A program made the position numbers and the translations under genes. A stretch of DNA of 41,691 nt from a bacterium. GTDB lineage: Bacteria > Bacteroidota > Bacteroidia > Cytophagales > Thermonemataceae. Where the stretch lies: positions 1-41,691 of the forward strand of contig JANYGM010000475.1 in assembly GCA_025362415.1 (NCBI GenBank), written 5' to 3'. The notes under the pieces were generated by a model that searched no databases, was not told where the DNA came from, and was given only the letters and a program-made list of their open reading frames with translations. Below, in pieces: positions 26,067 to 35,840 of this stretch; the first letter of the stretch is position 1, and every line of letters starts with the position of its first letter.

Positions 26067-26387
26067 ATGACAAAGAAAATCATTATTAGTTGTGTGTTGA
26101 GCCTAGTTTTTAGCTCGCAACTCTGTGCGCAAGATAAAAATATCTTGTCTGAAAACGCTGAAAATAGCACTTTTACTGCTAAATTTCCAGCAAAACCTAT
26201 GCTTTATTTTGTTGATGGCGTGCAAGTAAAGCCCACATTTTCTCAAATGTATGGTGTTTCTCCTTTGTCTTCAATGAATCCTAATGATATTGAGAAGATT
26301 GAGGTTATCAAAGGAGAAAATGCAGTTGCTAAATATGGTGAAAATGCTATTAGTGGTGTTGTACTTGTAACAAGAAAAGTAAAATAG
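26067..26387 (+). CDS. Small secreted protein carrying only a TonB-dependent-receptor plug-like motif
   Basis: 106 aa with a signal peptide. LYFVDGVQV...MNPNDIEKIEVIKGENAVAKYGENAISGVVLVTRK resembles the conserved N-terminal plug segment of SusC-type receptors. No barrel is present. Confidence 0.5.
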   Translation: MTKKIIISCVLSLVFSSQLCAQDKNILSENAENSTFTAKFPAKPMLYFVDGVQVKPTFSQMYGVSPLSSMNPNDIEKIEVIKGENAVAKYGENAISGVVLVTRKVK

Positions 26388-26665
26388 AACGCTGATTTTT
26401 GCCAATATTGTTATAATATTATCTAAATATTAAAAAACACTAAACTTTTAAGAAAAAATTTCTAAGAAGTTTTATTTTGTACAAAAGTATTCTAAGCTAT
26501 TGAAAATCAAGTTTTTTAGTAGTTCAAGTTTTGAATATTTGGTTAGAATATGTTTTAACCAAATATTTTATTAAAAAAAAACAAAAAAAAACTTTGTAAA
26601 AAGTTTTTTTTTGGTAAAAATGTGTTTATATTGCACACTAAAACTAAACCAAAATTTAAAAAATC

Positions 26666-29600
26666 ATGACAAAAAAGCTACTTGCTAGTTTTGTCCTTAC
26701 CATTATATTTGCAATGCAAGTATATGCACAAGGCAGGACAGTAACCGGAAAAGTCACCAATAAAGAGGGCGCAATACCTGGTGCGAGTGTTCTTGTTAAA
26801 GAGAATGTCTCAATTGCCACAATAACAACTGAAAACGGGGATTATACGCTTGCAAACATACCTGACAACGCAACACTTGTGTTCTCATCTGTTGGTACCG
26901 CAACCGTAGAAGTTTTAGTTGGAAACCAAACTGTTATTAACGTAACATTGAATGATGATGAAACACTAGGTACTGTCCTTGTTGAAGGTGCCGTAGGTAT
27001 TAAACGTGAGGCTCAGTCAAATATCAGTGGGGTTGCTGTGATAAAAGGCGCTGATATTACACAAGGTAAATCTCTTAGCTTGGCGCAGGGACTTACTGGC
27101 AAAATAGCGGGTTTACAGATCAATACTACTAGTAGTGGTGTAAATGCACAATCTCGTATTACTTTGAGAGGTAGCCGTTCTATATTGGGTAATAATGAAG
27201 CCCTTGTGGTTATTGATGGCTCACAATCCACACAAGATGTATTTAACCAACTAAACTCAAACGATATTGAGAGTATGACTGTTCTAAAAGGGCAGGCAGC
27301 GGCAGCACTTTATGGCTCTGATGCATCTAATGGTGTGCTGATAGTTACAACTAAAAAAGGCTCTGTTGGTACTCGTGTTACTTTTTCTACAACACAACAA
27401 TTTGATAGAATTAGCTTTCTGCCTAAACTACAAGATAGATTTGGACTTGGTACTGGTGCTGGTTTTGGTTCAGATACGCAAGACTATTATGGTGGTGAAA
27501 ACCAATCTTTTGGACCTGCTTATGATGGAACTATCAGACCTACTGGTGGCGGTGGCTTAGACCCTATGAAACTAGAAGATGGAACAATAAACTATTTACC
27601 CTATGCCTATCAAAAGGATTCAAAATTGAATGCTTTTAATACAGGTACTCGTCTTCAAAATGAAATAAGTGTTTCTGGGGGTAATGAAACTACTAAATTT
27701 TATCTTTCTGCGGAAGATGTAGTGCAAAAAGGTATTATAGATGGTGATAAGTATAGAAGAACCAATGTCCGTTTTAATGCACAAACAACTAGTAATAGAT
27801 TAACAGCAGGCTTCAATGCTTCATATAATACTGGATTACAAGAAAATATAGCAGATAACCTAGGTAATAGTTTCTACTTTCTTGTATTAAATACAGCAGG
27901 TAACGTACCGTTGAGGTCGTATAGAAACTGGCAAGACTTTCAAAATCCTGATGGTTCACTAAATCCAGCAAATCCAAATAATTATTATAATGAATATTAT
28001 GCTAACCCTTGGTTTACTTTGGACAATAACAGACAAACTACAAGAACTAATAACTTTGTAGCTAACGTAAGCTTGGTTTATAAACTTACTGACTGGCTCA
28101 CGTTTACTTACCGTCCTGGTATTACTAACACTAATTCAGTTAGTAAAACCGCTAATGGTAAATATACCTACCGTGATTATAGTAAGAATGTATTAAAACG
28201 TCCTATTGCTAAGGATTTGCCAGGTGGTGTAACAGACAATAATGGTTATCAAACTAAAGTTACGCAAGATGTTTTGCTTACTTTTACTCCAAAATTAGTA
28301 AAATCTCTAGAAACTACTTTGATATTAGGCTCTAATATCAATGATAACTCTGCTCAAAATGTACGTGTACGTACAACTTCAATAGTTGTGCCTGGGCTCA
28401 ATAATGTTGCTAACAGACTAGGAGAAGCTAATATTGATGCAGGTTTTAACAGAATCTCTCAATCTCGTACCACAAGTGTATTTGCTGATTTATCCTTAGG
28501 GTACAAGAAAATTGTATATCTGCAATTGACTGGTCGTAATGAGTGGACATCTTTATTGGATAAAGGTAATAACTCTTATTTCTTCCCCGCAGCCAATTTA
28601 TCTGTTGTTGTAAGTAACTTAATACCAGCCCTTAAAGAGAGTAAGGTACTTACTTTCGCAAAAGTAACTGCTTCTGCTGCAAAAGTAGGACAAGTAAGCT
28701 TAACCCCCTACGCTACACAAAGCATCTTTACTTTGGGTAATGGCTTTCCTTATGGTAGTCAGCCTGGTTTTAGTGTAGGAGATAATATTGTTCAGAAAGG
28801 TATTAAGCCAGAGTTTACAACTTCGTACGAAGTGGGTACAGAACTTGGTTTTTATGATAGATTTAATTTGGAAGTTACAGCTTATCAGACACGAACTACC
28901 AATCAAACGCTTAGACTTAGCCTACCACAATCTACAGGCTATACACAACAAACTAGGAACGTGGGAGCGAGTGAAACAAAAGGAATAGAAGTTACATTAA
29001 GAGGAGATGTTATTAAGGCTGATAAGAATAATCCTGGTGGGCTTAATTGGAATGTTGGCGGTAACTATTCTTACAGAGATAACAAAGTAGTAGAATTATT
29101 TGATGAAACAAAAGAAATTCGTTTGGATAACACAAATAATGGTACTTTTGGAGATAGTAATGGTGGTATTTATGCTATAGTTGGGGAGCAATATCCCGTA
29201 CTTAAAACTACTAACTACCGTAGAGATCCACAAGGGAGAGTAATTGTAGATCCTGCAACTGGTTATCCGTTGGCTGCTGCTGGACAAACTATTGCTGGGC
29301 AGACAAGTCCAAAACATTCATTGGGTTTGAATACTACCTTGTCATATAAAGGATTTTCTTTATATGCTTTAGCAGAATACCGTTCTGGAAATGTTACTTA
29401 TCATGACCTTGGTTGGGATCTTACTTTTACTGGTAATGCTGCTGTAACAGCAACTTATGACAGAGAGCGTTTTATATTCCCTAATTCTTCTCTAGTTTCA
29501 GCTACTGCAAGTGATGGTAGTGCAGTTTCTTACGTAGCAAACACAACAGTACCTACTAGAAATGGTGGTTGGGATTACTGGGACAATAGCTACAAGAAAT

Positions 29601-29914
29601 TTGGTGAGAACTTCACTACAAGTGGAGCATTTTGGAAGTTGAGGGAGGCAAGAATCACTTACACATTGCCTACTAGTATACTAGAAGGAATGAGTAAGTA
29701 CATCAAAGGAGCAAACATTAGCTTTGTTGGTAGAAACCTATTGATATTTGTACCAAAAACTAACCAATTTACTGACCCAGAATTTGGAGATTCAGCAGAT
29801 AGAGCGCAGTTTGGACAAGCAAGTGGAACTACACCTAATGCAACTGGTGTAAGTACAAATAATCAAGCACCTACAACACGCACTTATGGTTTTAACATCA
29901 CCGTTACACTATAA
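26666..29914 (+). CDS. SusC/RagA family TonB-linked outer membrane protein
   Basis: 1082 aa. Signal peptide, carboxypeptidase-regulatory-like N domain (GRTVTGKVTNKEGAIPGASVLVK), plug motifs (ALVVIDG..., DIESMTVLKGQAAAALYGSDASNGVLIVTTKKG) and a C-terminal beta-barrel ending in ...YGFNITVTL. Confidence 0.9.
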   Translation: MTKKLLASFVLTIIFAMQVYAQGRTVTGKVTNKEGAIPGASVLVKENVSIATITTENGDYTLANIPDNATLVFSSVGTATVEVLVGNQTVINVTLNDDETLGTVLVEGAVGIKREAQSNISGVAVIKGADITQGKSLSLAQGLTGKIAGLQINTTSSGVNAQSRITLRGSRSILGNNEALVVIDGSQSTQDVFNQLNSNDIESMTVLKGQAAAALYGSDASNGVLIVTTKKGSVGTRVTFSTTQQFDRISFLPKLQDRFGLGTGAGFGSDTQDYYGGENQSFGPAYDGTIRPTGGGGLDPMKLEDGTINYLPYAYQKDSKLNAFNTGTRLQNEISVSGGNETTKFYLSAEDVVQKGIIDGDKYRRTNVRFNAQTTSNRLTAGFNASYNTGLQENIADNLGNSFYFLVLNTAGNVPLRSYRNWQDFQNPDGSLNPANPNNYYNEYYANPWFTLDNNRQTTRTNNFVANVSLVYKLTDWLTFTYRPGITNTNSVSKTANGKYTYRDYSKNVLKRPIAKDLPGGVTDNNGYQTKVTQDVLLTFTPKLVKSLETTLILGSNINDNSAQNVRVRTTSIVVPGLNNVANRLGEANIDAGFNRISQSRTTSVFADLSLGYKKIVYLQLTGRNEWTSLLDKGNNSYFFPAANLSVVVSNLIPALKESKVLTFAKVTASAAKVGQVSLTPYATQSIFTLGNGFPYGSQPGFSVGDNIVQKGIKPEFTTSYEVGTELGFYDRFNLEVTAYQTRTTNQTLRLSLPQSTGYTQQTRNVGASETKGIEVTLRGDVIKADKNNPGGLNWNVGGNYSYRDNKVVELFDETKEIRLDNTNNGTFGDSNGGIYAIVGEQYPVLKTTNYRRDPQGRVIVDPATGYPLAAAGQTIAGQTSPKHSLGLNTTLSYKGFSLYALAEYRSGNVTYHDLGWDLTFTGNAAVTATYDRERFIFPNSSLVSATASDGSAVSYVANTTVPTRNGGWDYWDNSYKKFGENFTTSGAFWKLREARITYTLPTSILEGMSKYIKGANISFVGRNLLIFVPKTNQFTDPEFGDSADRAQFGQASGTTPNATGVSTNNQAPTTRTYGFNITVTL

Positions 29915-29928
29915 TCTAAATATTAAAG

Positions 29929-31674
29929 ATGAAGAAAATAATATATTCAATAGCAATTCTAGCCATGACAATCATGGCTAGCTGCAAACGAGATTACTTA
30001 GATGTTAATCAGAATCCTAACTCAGCAGTAACCTCTACAGCAGAGTTGGTACTACCAAATGCACTTAATGTTACTGCCGCAGGTATTACTCGTAATGAAG
30101 TGGGTGCATTTTGGGCGGGTCAGTGGGCACCTCCTACTTCCGTGTCTGGCTTTGGAGATGAACGTACTTATAATACACAAGCAAGTTGGGGCACTGCAAC
30201 AACAATTTGGAGTACTTATGATAACATCACGGATTATGAGTTCATTGAAAAAGATGCGTTGGCAAAAGGTAGAAAAAGACTTGCTGGTATTGCACAAGTA
30301 ATGAAAGCATTTAATTATCAGTTGCTTGTAGATGCTTATGGCGATATTCCTTATACAGATGCTGTAAAAGGAGATATCGGTATCACAACACCTAAATATG
30401 ATAAGGCGCAAGACATTTATCTTGACCTTATAGTAAAACTGGATGCAGCAGTTGCTAATCTTAGCTCACCAACAACACTAGACAATCCTAATGTTACACC
30501 ACAAGAGGATATTTATTGTGGGGGTAATATGATAAAGTGGGTTAAGTTTGCTAATACTTTGAAACTAAGAATACTACTTAGAAAATCAGAGCTTCCAGCA
30601 GAGCAAGGTTACATAACAGCGCAAATAGCTAAAATAGCTAATCCTTTGGGTGGAGGTCTATTTTTGGGTGCTTATGAGGATGTATTCTGCAATCCTGGTT
30701 ACTTGCAAACTGCAGGTAAGCAAAATCCATTTTGGAATAGATATGGTTTTACAGAAGCGAATACGGTTGCAGCTAATGCGGAGTTCTATGCGCTTTCAGA
30801 ATACGCTATCAATGCCATTGAAAAACCTACTGGTCCACGTGATTTTCAACGTATATTGAGAATTGCTAAACCCGCCCCAGCTACAGCTTATACATTTAAA
30901 GGAATTCCTTATGGTGTTACTGGTAATACAGCTTTTTTCTACGCATTGGTATCTGGTTTTGGACCTGGTTTACTTCAAAGCTTTAAGCAAAATATGCTTA
31001 TTATGACAGCATCTGAAGCACTTATGCTGCAGGCAGAGGCAAATGTAAAAGGGTACGCTGTAGGAGCTGGTGGGGCTTACAAAAGTTACTTTAAGGATGC
31101 TGTTAGGTCTTCTTTTGTATTATTGAAAGCTGGTGCTAACCCTCTTTCTGGAGCAGCTGCCCCAGGACAGCTTCCTGGTTGGTATACTGACAAACTTGCT
31201 ATTAGTGAAACAGTAAATTTTACTGCGTTAAAAGATAACTTTGATGCAACAAAAGATGCTTCTATCAAGGCTGCTGATAATTATTTATCTTATGGTATTA
31301 CTAATACGTCTGTGGGGTCTGCATCCAATAGAAATACAATAGCTGATATAGACTCACCTGTTGCAACAGATGTAGCTCTTAAAGTTATTATGGAGCAAAA
31401 ATGGGTATGCTTGATAGGGTTTGCAGGTTTTGAAGCTTGGTGTGATGTAAGAAAATACCAAAATGTTTCTGGAGGACCATCACCTATTTTGAATACTCCA
31501 AAATCTGTATCATCAGCAGTTATTGGTACGCCAGCACAGAGACCATTGCGTATTCCTTATCCATCTTTGGAAGCACAGACTAACAATGCGAACTTAACGG
31601 AAGCTATTACAAGGCAAGGTTTAGGTTCTGTGAGTAATATTCTTTCTACTAGAATATTCTGGGACAAAGACTAA
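29929..31674 (+). CDS. SusD/RagB family nutrient-binding outer membrane lipoprotein
   Basis: 581 aa with a lipobox (MASCKRDYLDVNQNPN). It lies immediately downstream of susC-like (14-nt gap). A TPR-like helical composition is inferred. Confidence 0.8.
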   Translation: MKKIIYSIAILAMTIMASCKRDYLDVNQNPNSAVTSTAELVLPNALNVTAAGITRNEVGAFWAGQWAPPTSVSGFGDERTYNTQASWGTATTIWSTYDNITDYEFIEKDALAKGRKRLAGIAQVMKAFNYQLLVDAYGDIPYTDAVKGDIGITTPKYDKAQDIYLDLIVKLDAAVANLSSPTTLDNPNVTPQEDIYCGGNMIKWVKFANTLKLRILLRKSELPAEQGYITAQIAKIANPLGGGLFLGAYEDVFCNPGYLQTAGKQNPFWNRYGFTEANTVAANAEFYALSEYAINAIEKPTGPRDFQRILRIAKPAPATAYTFKGIPYGVTGNTAFFYALVSGFGPGLLQSFKQNMLIMTASEALMLQAEANVKGYAVGAGGAYKSYFKDAVRSSFVLLKAGANPLSGAAAPGQLPGWYTDKLAISETVNFTALKDNFDATKDASIKAADNYLSYGITNTSVGSASNRNTIADIDSPVATDVALKVIMEQKWVCLIGFAGFEAWCDVRKYQNVSGGPSPILNTPKSVSSAVIGTPAQRPLRIPYPSLEAQTNNANLTEAITRQGLGSVSNILSTRIFWDKD

Positions 31675-31744
31675 TAAATTAACTTTCTCTACATAACTAT
31701 TCTTTAGTTGTGTAGAGAAAACCAAACATCTAAATTAAAATATA

Positions 31745-32911
31745 ATGAAAAAATTTCTATACTTAGCAATTGTTGTACTAGGACTGCAATCTTGCTTAAA
31801 AGACAAAGAGCACGAGTCTGACGTGTTCAACGGAGTGGGTTATGGCTCAAAAGTAATAGCTTTTGGTAGCCCGAACAGAATACCGAATGTCAATGTGATG
31901 GATACCAAACTCAATTTACTCCCAAGAATGAAGCTTGAGGACTTGGATACAGAGCAAGTTTATGAGGTTTCTATTGAGGTGCTGACCAAGCCCTTTGATA
32001 AAGACGTGGTTGTGAAACTAAAGAACGACCTGGGCAAAATTGCAGAATACAATACTGTACGTACGAATGAATATAATGGTTTAAAAGGAGTATATGACGT
32101 AGCAAGAGCGCAATATGCGACGGATCTGGCTCTTTACATTGCGGCTGGAGGTGCTAGTCAATTGTTGATAGCTAAGCCAACGTTTCCAAAAGAGCCAAAA
32201 ATATACATCAATTTTGAGCCTTTACCTGCAGGTAAATTCATTTTCCCTGCTATGGTTACTATACCCAAGGGAAAAACATCAGTAACAGTAGAACTTATTG
32301 TACCTGATGCCTCTGAGACTGCAAATGTTTATAAGCAATTTAGCAAGTATATGTTGCCTATCACTCTGCAAACTGATGCAGATATATTGATTGCTAACCC
32401 AACACTCTTGCTAGATGTGTCTCGTAAACTGCCTAATCCATATCTTGGTATTTTTGCTTATACAGGGATACAAAGATATCAAAGCCTCGTTGCTGATCCC
32501 TCTGGTGCTTATACTACTGTTCCTATTCTTCCGAGTGTTGTAAGACATGAGTGGAGGGAAAGCCCTGATGATCCTACTATTACAGAAGTAGTATTAGGTG
32601 GTGGACTTTCTACTCCAGGAATACCTGCATCAAATCCTGGATTCAGAATGGATGTGCGTTTTGACCCAGCTGCTGCAGACCCAGAAAATAGAGTAATTAT
32701 TTTAGGGGCTACCGTAATGCGTCCTGATTTCCCCCTTACAGTATTTCCTGCAGTTATAACAAAGGTTACGAAAGGGGCTACAGATCCTCAGTTGGAGCTT
32801 GTGTTTGATTCTAAAGGAAACCTAGATGAAGTTAAAAACTTGTGGTACACTTATTCTAATGCAAATGGTGTACGTGAATTCAAACAATCTAGCATCAAAA
32901 GAATACCATAA
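31745..32911 (+). CDS. Hypothetical surface lipoprotein of the SusC/D locus
   Basis: 388 aa with a lipobox (LGLQSCLKD). It is co-oriented with and follows susD-like. No catalytic motif was recognised. Confidence 0.5.
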   Translation: MKKFLYLAIVVLGLQSCLKDKEHESDVFNGVGYGSKVIAFGSPNRIPNVNVMDTKLNLLPRMKLEDLDTEQVYEVSIEVLTKPFDKDVVVKLKNDLGKIAEYNTVRTNEYNGLKGVYDVARAQYATDLALYIAAGGASQLLIAKPTFPKEPKIYINFEPLPAGKFIFPAMVTIPKGKTSVTVELIVPDASETANVYKQFSKYMLPITLQTDADILIANPTLLLDVSRKLPNPYLGIFAYTGIQRYQSLVADPSGAYTTVPILPSVVRHEWRESPDDPTITEVVLGGGLSTPGIPASNPGFRMDVRFDPAAADPENRVIILGATVMRPDFPLTVFPAVITKVTKGATDPQLELVFDSKGNLDEVKNLWYTYSNANGVREFKQSSIKRIP

Positions 32912-32933
32912 GCTATTCTAAAAATTCAATAAC

Positions 32934-32966
32934 AAAAAACAGTACAGATAATCTGTACTGTTTTTT
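32934..32966 (+). terminator. Intrinsic terminator after the SusC/D locus
   Basis: aaaaaacagtacagat / atctgtactgtttttt, a palindromic stem with a T-run. Confidence 0.7.
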
Positions 32967-32986
32967 CATTTCATATCAATCATAAA

Positions 32987-33619
32987 ATGAAAGTCAAACA
33001 TTTATTTTTTATTGGGATTGTGCTAGTAGTTTTGTTGGTTTTCTTTCAGGATTTTATTGGAAGAAAATCCAAAGATGACTATAGTGCAGACCTCAAAAAA
33101 GCACGTGCCAAACGTGATGAGTTTTTTAAAAATGATAAAAAATCTCCCTTAAAAGATAAAACTGGTTTTGTGGCACTTAATTATTATGAGCCAAATGAGC
33201 AGTTTCGTATCAAGGCAACTGTTGAATTTTTGCCAAAATCTGCGCCTTTTGCTATTGCTACCACATCAGGAGAAGCGCAGAATTATGAAAAATTTGGTTA
33301 TGCTGTTTTTATGTATCAGAATATTCAAAGGAAACTACTTTTACTTAAAAAAACTGGTGATAAATCCTTGTTTCTACCTTTTGCAGACCTTACCAATAAT
33401 CAAACAACTTATGGTGGGGGACGTTATTTAGACGTAGAAATGCCACGTACAGACGAGGTTTTGATAGATTTTAACTTAGCTTTTAATCCTTTTTGTGTGT
33501 ATGATGATAGCTTTGTTTGTCCTATTCCACCAAAAGAAAATTATTTGGATTTTTTGGTAGAGGCAGGCGAGAAAGTAGCCCCCAGCCCCAAAAGGAGTAA
33601 TACAAAAAGTCCCCTTTAG
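32987..33619 (+). CDS. DUF1684 domain protein
   Basis: 210 aa. YGGGRYLDVE and FNLAFNPFCVYDDSFVCPIPPKENYLDFLVEAGEK match the DUF1684 C-terminal signature. The final 14 codons are encoded by a REP-like repeat. Confidence 0.7.
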   Translation: MKVKHLFFIGIVLVVLLVFFQDFIGRKSKDDYSADLKKARAKRDEFFKNDKKSPLKDKTGFVALNYYEPNEQFRIKATVEFLPKSAPFAIATTSGEAQNYEKFGYAVFMYQNIQRKLLLLKKTGDKSLFLPFADLTNNQTTYGGGRYLDVEMPRTDEVLIDFNLAFNPFCVYDDSFVCPIPPKENYLDFLVEAGEKVAPSPKRSNTKSPL

Positions 33620-33625
33620 ATTTAG
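33575..33625 (+). repeat. GC-rich REP-like element (gtagcccccagccccaaaaggagtaatacaaaaagtcccctttagattt)
   Basis: Near-identical to the reverse complement of 2471-2501. It spans the end of the DUF1684 ORF and the stop of the convergent tsaB. Confidence 0.7.
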
Positions 33626-34368
33626 AGGTTATTTTTTTTGATTGTCGTTACGAAGTCTTTTAAATAATAAGGCTCAAAATAATTTAAGTTTTCAAAAAGA
33701 TGTTTCTTAAATCTTTGATTAGCTAAAAACCCTATTTCTTTTGCACTAGGAGTGATATTTTCAATAAATAAAGCATTTTTTTGATGTGCAAAACTTGCTT
33801 TGCACTTGCTTGCTCCATCTCCAAAAAACATCATTTTATTGTTTTCTAAAATATCCGCAAAAGTATCTTTATCAATAATCTTAGCAGAAATGGGCAAAAT
33901 TTCTTTCAAAAAACCATTTGATAAACTATCAGAAACATTGTTATTTATTAGGTTGGTGTTTTTACTGAAAATACTACAATACACTTCCATACGTCTAGCA
34001 TCAAGCATAGGACAAAATAGTACATCATTTTCTAGAGATATAGTAGCAATTTGAAGAGTCATAGCTTCTAGCGTACTAACTGCAATCAGTTCACAACCAA
34101 TAGCATACGCCAGACCTTTTGCCGTAGAAACACCAATACGAAGTCCTGTATAAGAGCCAGGTCCTTTTGATACTGCTACAGCTTTTATATCAGAAAACTG
34201 ATAGCCAGTTTGCTTAACAAGATTTTCAATAAGTAGGGTAAGTTCTCCAGAGTGGCTTTGCGCCGTGAAAAGCTCAAAACAACCTAATAGTTTACTATTA
34301 GCATTTACGCTAATTTCGTGTAATGCTACAGAACAAACAGGTGTAGAAGTTTCTATACTTAAAATCAT
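33622..34368 (-). CDS. tsaB: tRNA threonylcarbamoyladenosine (t6A) biosynthesis protein TsaB
   Basis: MILSIETSTPVCSVAL... and VSKGPGSYTGLRIGVSTAKGLAYA. ATG at 34368 is preferred over the upstream start at 34422. Confidence 0.8.
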   Translation of the reverse strand: MILSIETSTPVCSVALHEISVNANSKLLGCFELFTAQSHSGELTLLIENLVKQTGYQFSDIKAVAVSKGPGSYTGLRIGVSTAKGLAYAIGCELIAVSTLEAMTLQIATISLENDVLFCPMLDARRMEVYCSIFSKNTNLINNNVSDSLSNGFLKEILPISAKIIDKDTFADILENNKMMFFGDGASKCKASFAHQKNALFIENITPSAKEIGFLANQRFKKHLFENLNYFEPYYLKDFVTTIKKNNL

Positions 34369-34408
34369 TTTTTGATGTGTGATGTATGATATATGATGTA
34401 TTTTTATA

Positions 34409-34443
34409 CATTCACAATTCACAATTTAAAATTCATAATTAAA
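34409..34443. repeat. Heptamer array (cattcac aattcac aatttaa aattcat aattaaa)
   Basis: 5 units in register, overlapping the stop codon (34439-34441) of the minus-strand ADH-like gene. The gene-sense strand is C-free. Confidence 0.85.
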
Positions 34444-35446
34444 CCATTGAGACAACTAATTTCCCAAAGATTTTCCCGTTTCTCATATCCTCAAAAGCAC
34501 TAATAATCTCACTAAAAGGGCGCACAGAATCTATAATTGGAATTATTTTGTAATTTTCTACAAATGCAAGCATTTCAGCAAATTCAGCATCATTGCCCAT
34601 TGTAGAGCCTTTTATGGTATATTGTCCAAAGAAAATACGTGGCATATCTATTTTTTGGGGACTTCCAAGCGTTGCACCATAAAATACAAGCGTTCCTGCA
34701 GGGCGCAAACTACGCAAAAGCAAATTAAAATCATCTCCTCCAGCACTATCAATAATTACATCAAAACCATTATTTTGTGCTATTTCAGGGAATTTAAGGA
34801 GTTCTTTGTGCCAATTTTGCATTTTATAATTTACGCCCAAAATACCTAAATTTTTCATAAAATCTAATTTTTTATCATCTCCAGACGTTACATACACGCT
34901 TGCGCCAACTGCTTGCGCCATTTGGGCTACCATTTGTGCTACGCCTCCACCAATACCTGTTACAAGCACTTTATCATTCTTTTTAATGTTTCCACGCCTA
35001 AAAACTGCCCTAAAAGCAGTAAGACCAGCCAAAGGAAGAGCTGCGGCTTGCTCGTGGGTGAGAAAAGAGGGTTTTAAATGTAGTCTGTCTGCATCAATAA
35101 CCATAAACTCGCTAAAAGTACCGTTTGAGGGCATTCCTAGAATATTATAAGTATTTGATTGCGCTTCTGGGTTGTCGCCCCAGTTGCGGTTTGGATTAAA
35201 AATAACTTCTTTATTTAGCCATTCCTTTTGGACATTTTCACCTATTTCTATTACTGTTCCGCAGGCATCAGCCCCCAAAACACAGCCATAAGTCATTCCT
35301 GGATACATTCCTACTCTTGCCCACTCATCTCGCCTGTTGAGTGCAGCAGCACTTATGCGCACAAGTACCTGCTCACTTGTGGGTGTGGGTGTAGGAATTT
35401 CTTGTAATTCAATATGGTTTATTTCAGTTAAAACAAGTGCTTTCAT
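34439..35446 (-). CDS. Zinc-type alcohol dehydrogenase / quinone oxidoreductase family protein
   Basis: MKALVL..., GADACGTVIEIG and the Rossmann motif VLVTGIGGGVAQMVAQMAQAVGA. ATG at 35446 is preferred over the TTG at 35452. Confidence 0.8.
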   Translation of the reverse strand: MKALVLTEINHIELQEIPTPTPTSEQVLVRISAAALNRRDEWARVGMYPGMTYGCVLGADACGTVIEIGENVQKEWLNKEVIFNPNRNWGDNPEAQSNTYNILGMPSNGTFSEFMVIDADRLHLKPSFLTHEQAAALPLAGLTAFRAVFRRGNIKKNDKVLVTGIGGGVAQMVAQMAQAVGASVYVTSGDDKKLDFMKNLGILGVNYKMQNWHKELLKFPEIAQNNGFDVIIDSAGGDDFNLLLRSLRPAGTLVFYGATLGSPQKIDMPRIFFGQYTIKGSTMGNDAEFAEMLAFVENYKIIPIIDSVRPFSEIISAFEDMRNGKIFGKLVVSMV

Positions 35447-35509
35447 TCTCAAAGTTTAGTTTAATTTTAATGACACAAATGTAGTAAAAAAGTGTGTATA
35501 ATTGAATTT

Positions 35510-35536
35510 TAATTGCCATAGATACACAGATAAATA
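35510..35536. repeat. Half-copy of the 12744-12804 palindrome family
   Basis: taattgccatagatacacagataaata matches taattgccacaaatacacagataaata at 25 of 27 positions. Confidence 0.6.
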
Positions 35537-35577
35537 CAACGTACTTCGTATTTTATTGAAAATCCTAAAAAAATCTT

Positions 35578-35585
35578 TATCTTTG
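35578..35585 (+). promoter_or_regulatory. -7 box TATCTTTG
   Basis: Matches TAnnTTTG, 39 nt upstream of the ATG at 35624. Confidence 0.35.
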
Positions 35586-35623
35586 TATTTCTCAAAATAA
35601 ACAATTTTAAAATATTCAATCAA

Positions 35624-35821
35624 ATGAAATTATATATTATCAATATTTTTGCGGGTACTGATGCAACTCCAGATGATGATGAAAATACATTTTTAGGTGT
35701 TTTTGATAGTAAAGCCGCTTATACAAAAGCTATTAAAGAATTTGGAGAAAATGCTGATGCAAAACTTACCAAAGATGATTATGAAGTTGTTGAGTGTGAG
35801 CTGAATAAGTCAGAATATTAG
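35624..35821 (+). CDS. Hypothetical small acidic protein (65 aa)
   Basis: ORF with its own -7 box, 20 nt upstream of miaB. No family recognised. Confidence 0.35.
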   Translation: MKLYIINIFAGTDATPDDDENTFLGVFDSKAAYTKAIKEFGENADAKLTKDDYEVVECELNKSEY

Positions 35822-35840
35822 AAAAATAATTTTACAAAAA

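Noticed and set aside
26666-32911. SusC/SusD locus as a complete polysaccharide utilisation locus with a novel enzyme
   Set aside because: Only the transporter pair and one lipoprotein without catalytic motifs are present. No glycoside hydrolase, sulfatase, peptidase or regulator lies in the locus, so no substrate or novelty claim can be supported from sequence alone.
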